NCBI GenBank assembly: GCA_048499675.1 | Contig: JASNZL010000001.1 | Location: 58,747 to 122,746, forward strand | Source of the DNA: Candidatus Zambryskiibacteriota bacterium | Lineage (GTDB): Bacteria > Patescibacteriota > Minisyncoccia > Phycocordibacterales > WO2-35-19 | Direction: 5' to 3' | Length of the DNA: 64,000 nt | Part shown: positions 60,105 through 64,000 of the stretch, piece after piece | Layout: every line of letters starts with the position of its first letter | How positions within the stretch are numbered: the first letter of the stretch is position 1 | The notes under the pieces: model-generated | Told to the model about the DNA's origin: nothing | The model's database searches: none | Seen by the model: the letters and a program-made list of their open reading frames with translations, nothing else | Position numbers and translations under genes: made by a program

Positions 60105-60156
60105 CGGGAGGAACTTGATTCTTACTTAATTATAGCAAATACACAGAGTTTGTCAA

Positions 60157-60256
60157 CCCCGTTAGAGATTTTGTTTAAGTGTATAACAGATAAACGTTAT
60201 TTATAGCCATATTTCCGAAGTATCGCAAAAACGAGTGAATGTAAATCTCTAACGGG
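60157..60256. mobile_element. MITE, copy 2
   Basis: CCCCGTTAGAGATTT...AAATCTCTAACGGG; alignable with 20451-20551. Confidence 0.8.
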
Positions 60257-60430
60257 CACGTCTTTTTGCTTAATTTAAATATTCTTTACTCCTATATCAA
60301 AAAATGACTCCCTGAGTCATTTTTTGATATGCTTCTTTATCTAAAAACTCCTACCTAAAATTTCTAAGCTCTCAGCTTTTTATCCCCATTCCTTAATTTT
60401 TGAATTTTAACTTTTGAATTTTAAATTATT

Positions 60431-62110
<1,680 letters not shown>

Positions 62111-62215
62111 TTAATTATCAATTTTCAATTTTGCACTAAATTTCTAATGATCTAATTTTCATTGAAAATTTTAAATTAATTCATTTATTGAAAATTTTAA
62201 ATTAAAAATTTTAAA

Positions 62216-62578
62216 TTATCTAATAATTGCTAATATGTTCTCCTCTCTCAAAATATAATATTCAACACCATCTAGTTTTACTTCATCATAACCATATCTA
62301 GAAAAAACAACCTTATCTCCCACCTTTACATTCATAGGCACAAGTACTCCATCGTCCCATTTACCGAGACCTACCGCGACAACAATGCCTTGTTCTGGTT
62401 TTTCCTTGCTCACCGTATCAGGGATAATAATTCCAGATGAAGTTTTGCTAACCTCTTCTTCTGATAGCGGTTTTAGAACAACCCTATCAAATAATGGGGT
62501 AATTTTTGAACTTATACCCATTTTATCTCCCTGACTTTGCTTTGGACTTACTTTTTTTACTACTACTTTCTTTTTCAT
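62216..62578 (-). CDS. groS: Co-chaperonin GroES
   Basis: PLFDRVV, TSSGIIIPDT, KEKPEQG.VVAVG; start uncertain. Confidence 0.95.
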   Translation of the reverse strand: MKKKVVVKKVSPKQSQGDKMGISSKITPLFDRVVLKPLSEEEVSKTSSGIIIPDTVSKEKPEQGIVVAVGLGKWDDGVLVPMNVKVGDKVVFSRYGYDEVKLDGVEYYILREENILAIIR

Positions 62579-62810
62579 AAGCTAAAAATTTAATATGCCA
62601 ATAATTTTTAATAATTTGAAACAAAATAGCTCTGCTTCAAATTTATAAATGCGCCCATATTATATTATAAATAGGTGTTTTTGAAAAGTATCTGTATCCA
62701 TCCAAAACAATCCTCTATTAAGATATTTGGTTCAAAACCTGAAGCATTTATTGTTTAATTAATCTAAGTTGCTTAAAATATATACTATGCTATAATGGTC
62801 AAACAAAGTA

Positions 62811-63023
62811 ATGTTGTCTTATATTCAAATAATTTTAGCCGTTTTGCTTGGTGCACTTATCCTTATTCAACAATCAGAGAGCTCGCTTGGAGGAGCTTTT
62901 GGTGGGAGTGGGGCAGAAGGAAACAAAAGAACCAGAAGAGGACCCGAACTCTGGATATTTAGAATTACAATAGTTGTAGCCATACTTTTTGTTTCTACAA
63001 CTTTAGTAAATTTGCTATACTAA
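62811..63023 (+). CDS. secG: Preprotein translocase subunit SecG
   Basis: ILIQQ...LGGAFGG...TRRG; two TM helices. Confidence 0.9.
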   Translation: MLSYIQIILAVLLGALILIQQSESSLGGAFGGSGAEGNKRTRRGPELWIFRITIVVAILFVSTTLVNLLY

Positions 63024-63148
63024 AAATTCTTTCAAACTTTTTTAAAAGTTACATAATTTCTATATAAAATTTGGAATAAATTTTAAATATTACATTTAAT
63101 ACGACTATAGCCACTTTTTTGGTGTTCTATAAATTGCATATTATTGAA

Positions 63149-64000
63149 ATGACAAAAATTGAATCTATCATCAAAACAATGAATCCAACTGAAAAGATAC
63201 TTTTCTATGTTTTCAGTACAATATTTGTAATAACAGCTATGTTGATGCTCTATAGAGTCCACAAACATTACCTAGTAGAAATCCCGACCTACGGCGGTCA
63301 ATTCACAGAAGGGGTAATAGGTTCTCCTAGATTTATCAATCCAATATTATCAATTTCTGATACAGACAAAGATTTAGTATCTCTTGTATATTCGGGTTTA
63401 TTAAAAACTAATCTAGATGGTAGTTTTACCCCTGATTTAGCAGAAAAATATGAAGTAAGAGAAGACGGGACAATCTATAATTTTATATTAAAAGAAAATA
63501 TATATTTTCATGATGGGAAAGAAATAACTTCTGATGATGTAGCTTTTACAATTGAAAAAATAGTAGATCCAATAATCAAAAGCCCTAGGAAATCAAATTG
63601 GGAAGGAGTTACATTTGAAAAAATAAACGACAAAGAATTTAATCTAATTTTGGGCAAAGCCTATTTTCCTTTTGTTCAATCTCTTACAGTGGGCATTTTA
63701 CCTAAGCACATATGGGAAAATGCTACTTCCGAAGAATTTCCATTCAGCGAATGGAATATAAAACCTATTGGTAGTGGTCCCTACAAAATTGATAAAATAT
63801 CTAGAAATTCTGGTGGTATACCAACAGCAATCACCCTATCATCATGGAACAAATACCTTCCAGAAAAACCAAAAATAAAATCAATAACATTCAAATTTTT
63901 TCAGAATGAAAATGATTTGGTTAAGGCGTATTCAGACAAATCCATAGATAGCATAAGTGGTATTACTCAAAGTACTGCAAAAAATTCTCTCAATGACAAA
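63149..64000 (+). CDS. Peptide ABC transporter substrate-binding protein (family 5), partial
   Basis: Manual translation GSPRFINP...LVYSGL...PDLAE...FHDGKEITSDDVAFT...PIGSGPYK. Confidence 0.88.
   Translation, partial: MTKIESIIKTMNPTEKILFYVFSTIFVITAMLMLYRVHKHYLVEIPTYGGQFTEGVIGSPRFINPILSISDTDKDLVSLVYSGLLKTNLDGSFTPDLAEKYEVREDGTIYNFILKENIYFHDGKEITSDDVAFTIEKIVDPIIKSPRKSNWEGVTFEKINDKEFNLILGKAYFPFVQSLTVGILPKHIWENATSEEFPFSEWNIKPIGSGPYKIDKISRNSGGIPTAITLSSWNKYLPEKPKIKSITFKFFQNENDLVKAYSDKSIDSISGITQSTAKNSLNDK

Overview
Low-GC bacterial chromosome window read with the standard genetic code. The gene content points to a Patescibacteria/CPR (Parcubacteria-like) genome: short IF-2, HTH-fused MurA, an array of VirB2-like pilins, giant surface proteins and most tRNA genes lacking encoded CCA. 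This lineage call is an inference. Housekeeping content: murA/B/D/C, clpB, iscS, infB-rbfA, gyrA, tsaD, pyrD, groES/EL, secG, rnpB and 8 tRNAs. Accessory content: (i) a large-serine-recombinase island at tRNA-Leu(TAA) with two sets of long inverted repeats. The larger pair carries the same promoter/RBS and drives two convergent, GC-richer operons (AKR, anticodon-less AspRS paralog, ND-AspRS / radical SAM, NTase-like protein, plus an S51 peptidase). (ii) A recurring non-coding module behind 7 of the 8 tRNA genes: fold-back antisense copy of that tRNA's own 3' end, a structured core (shared by six loci, usually ending GTGAC), then a direct copy of the tRNA restarting in the T-loop. (iii) Pseudo-5'-tRNA copies with palindromes in the D-loop, a candidate ~300-nt structured RNA split by an IS30 relic, MITEs and REP-like palindromes. 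All calls come from reading the sequence by eye; no database searches were run.
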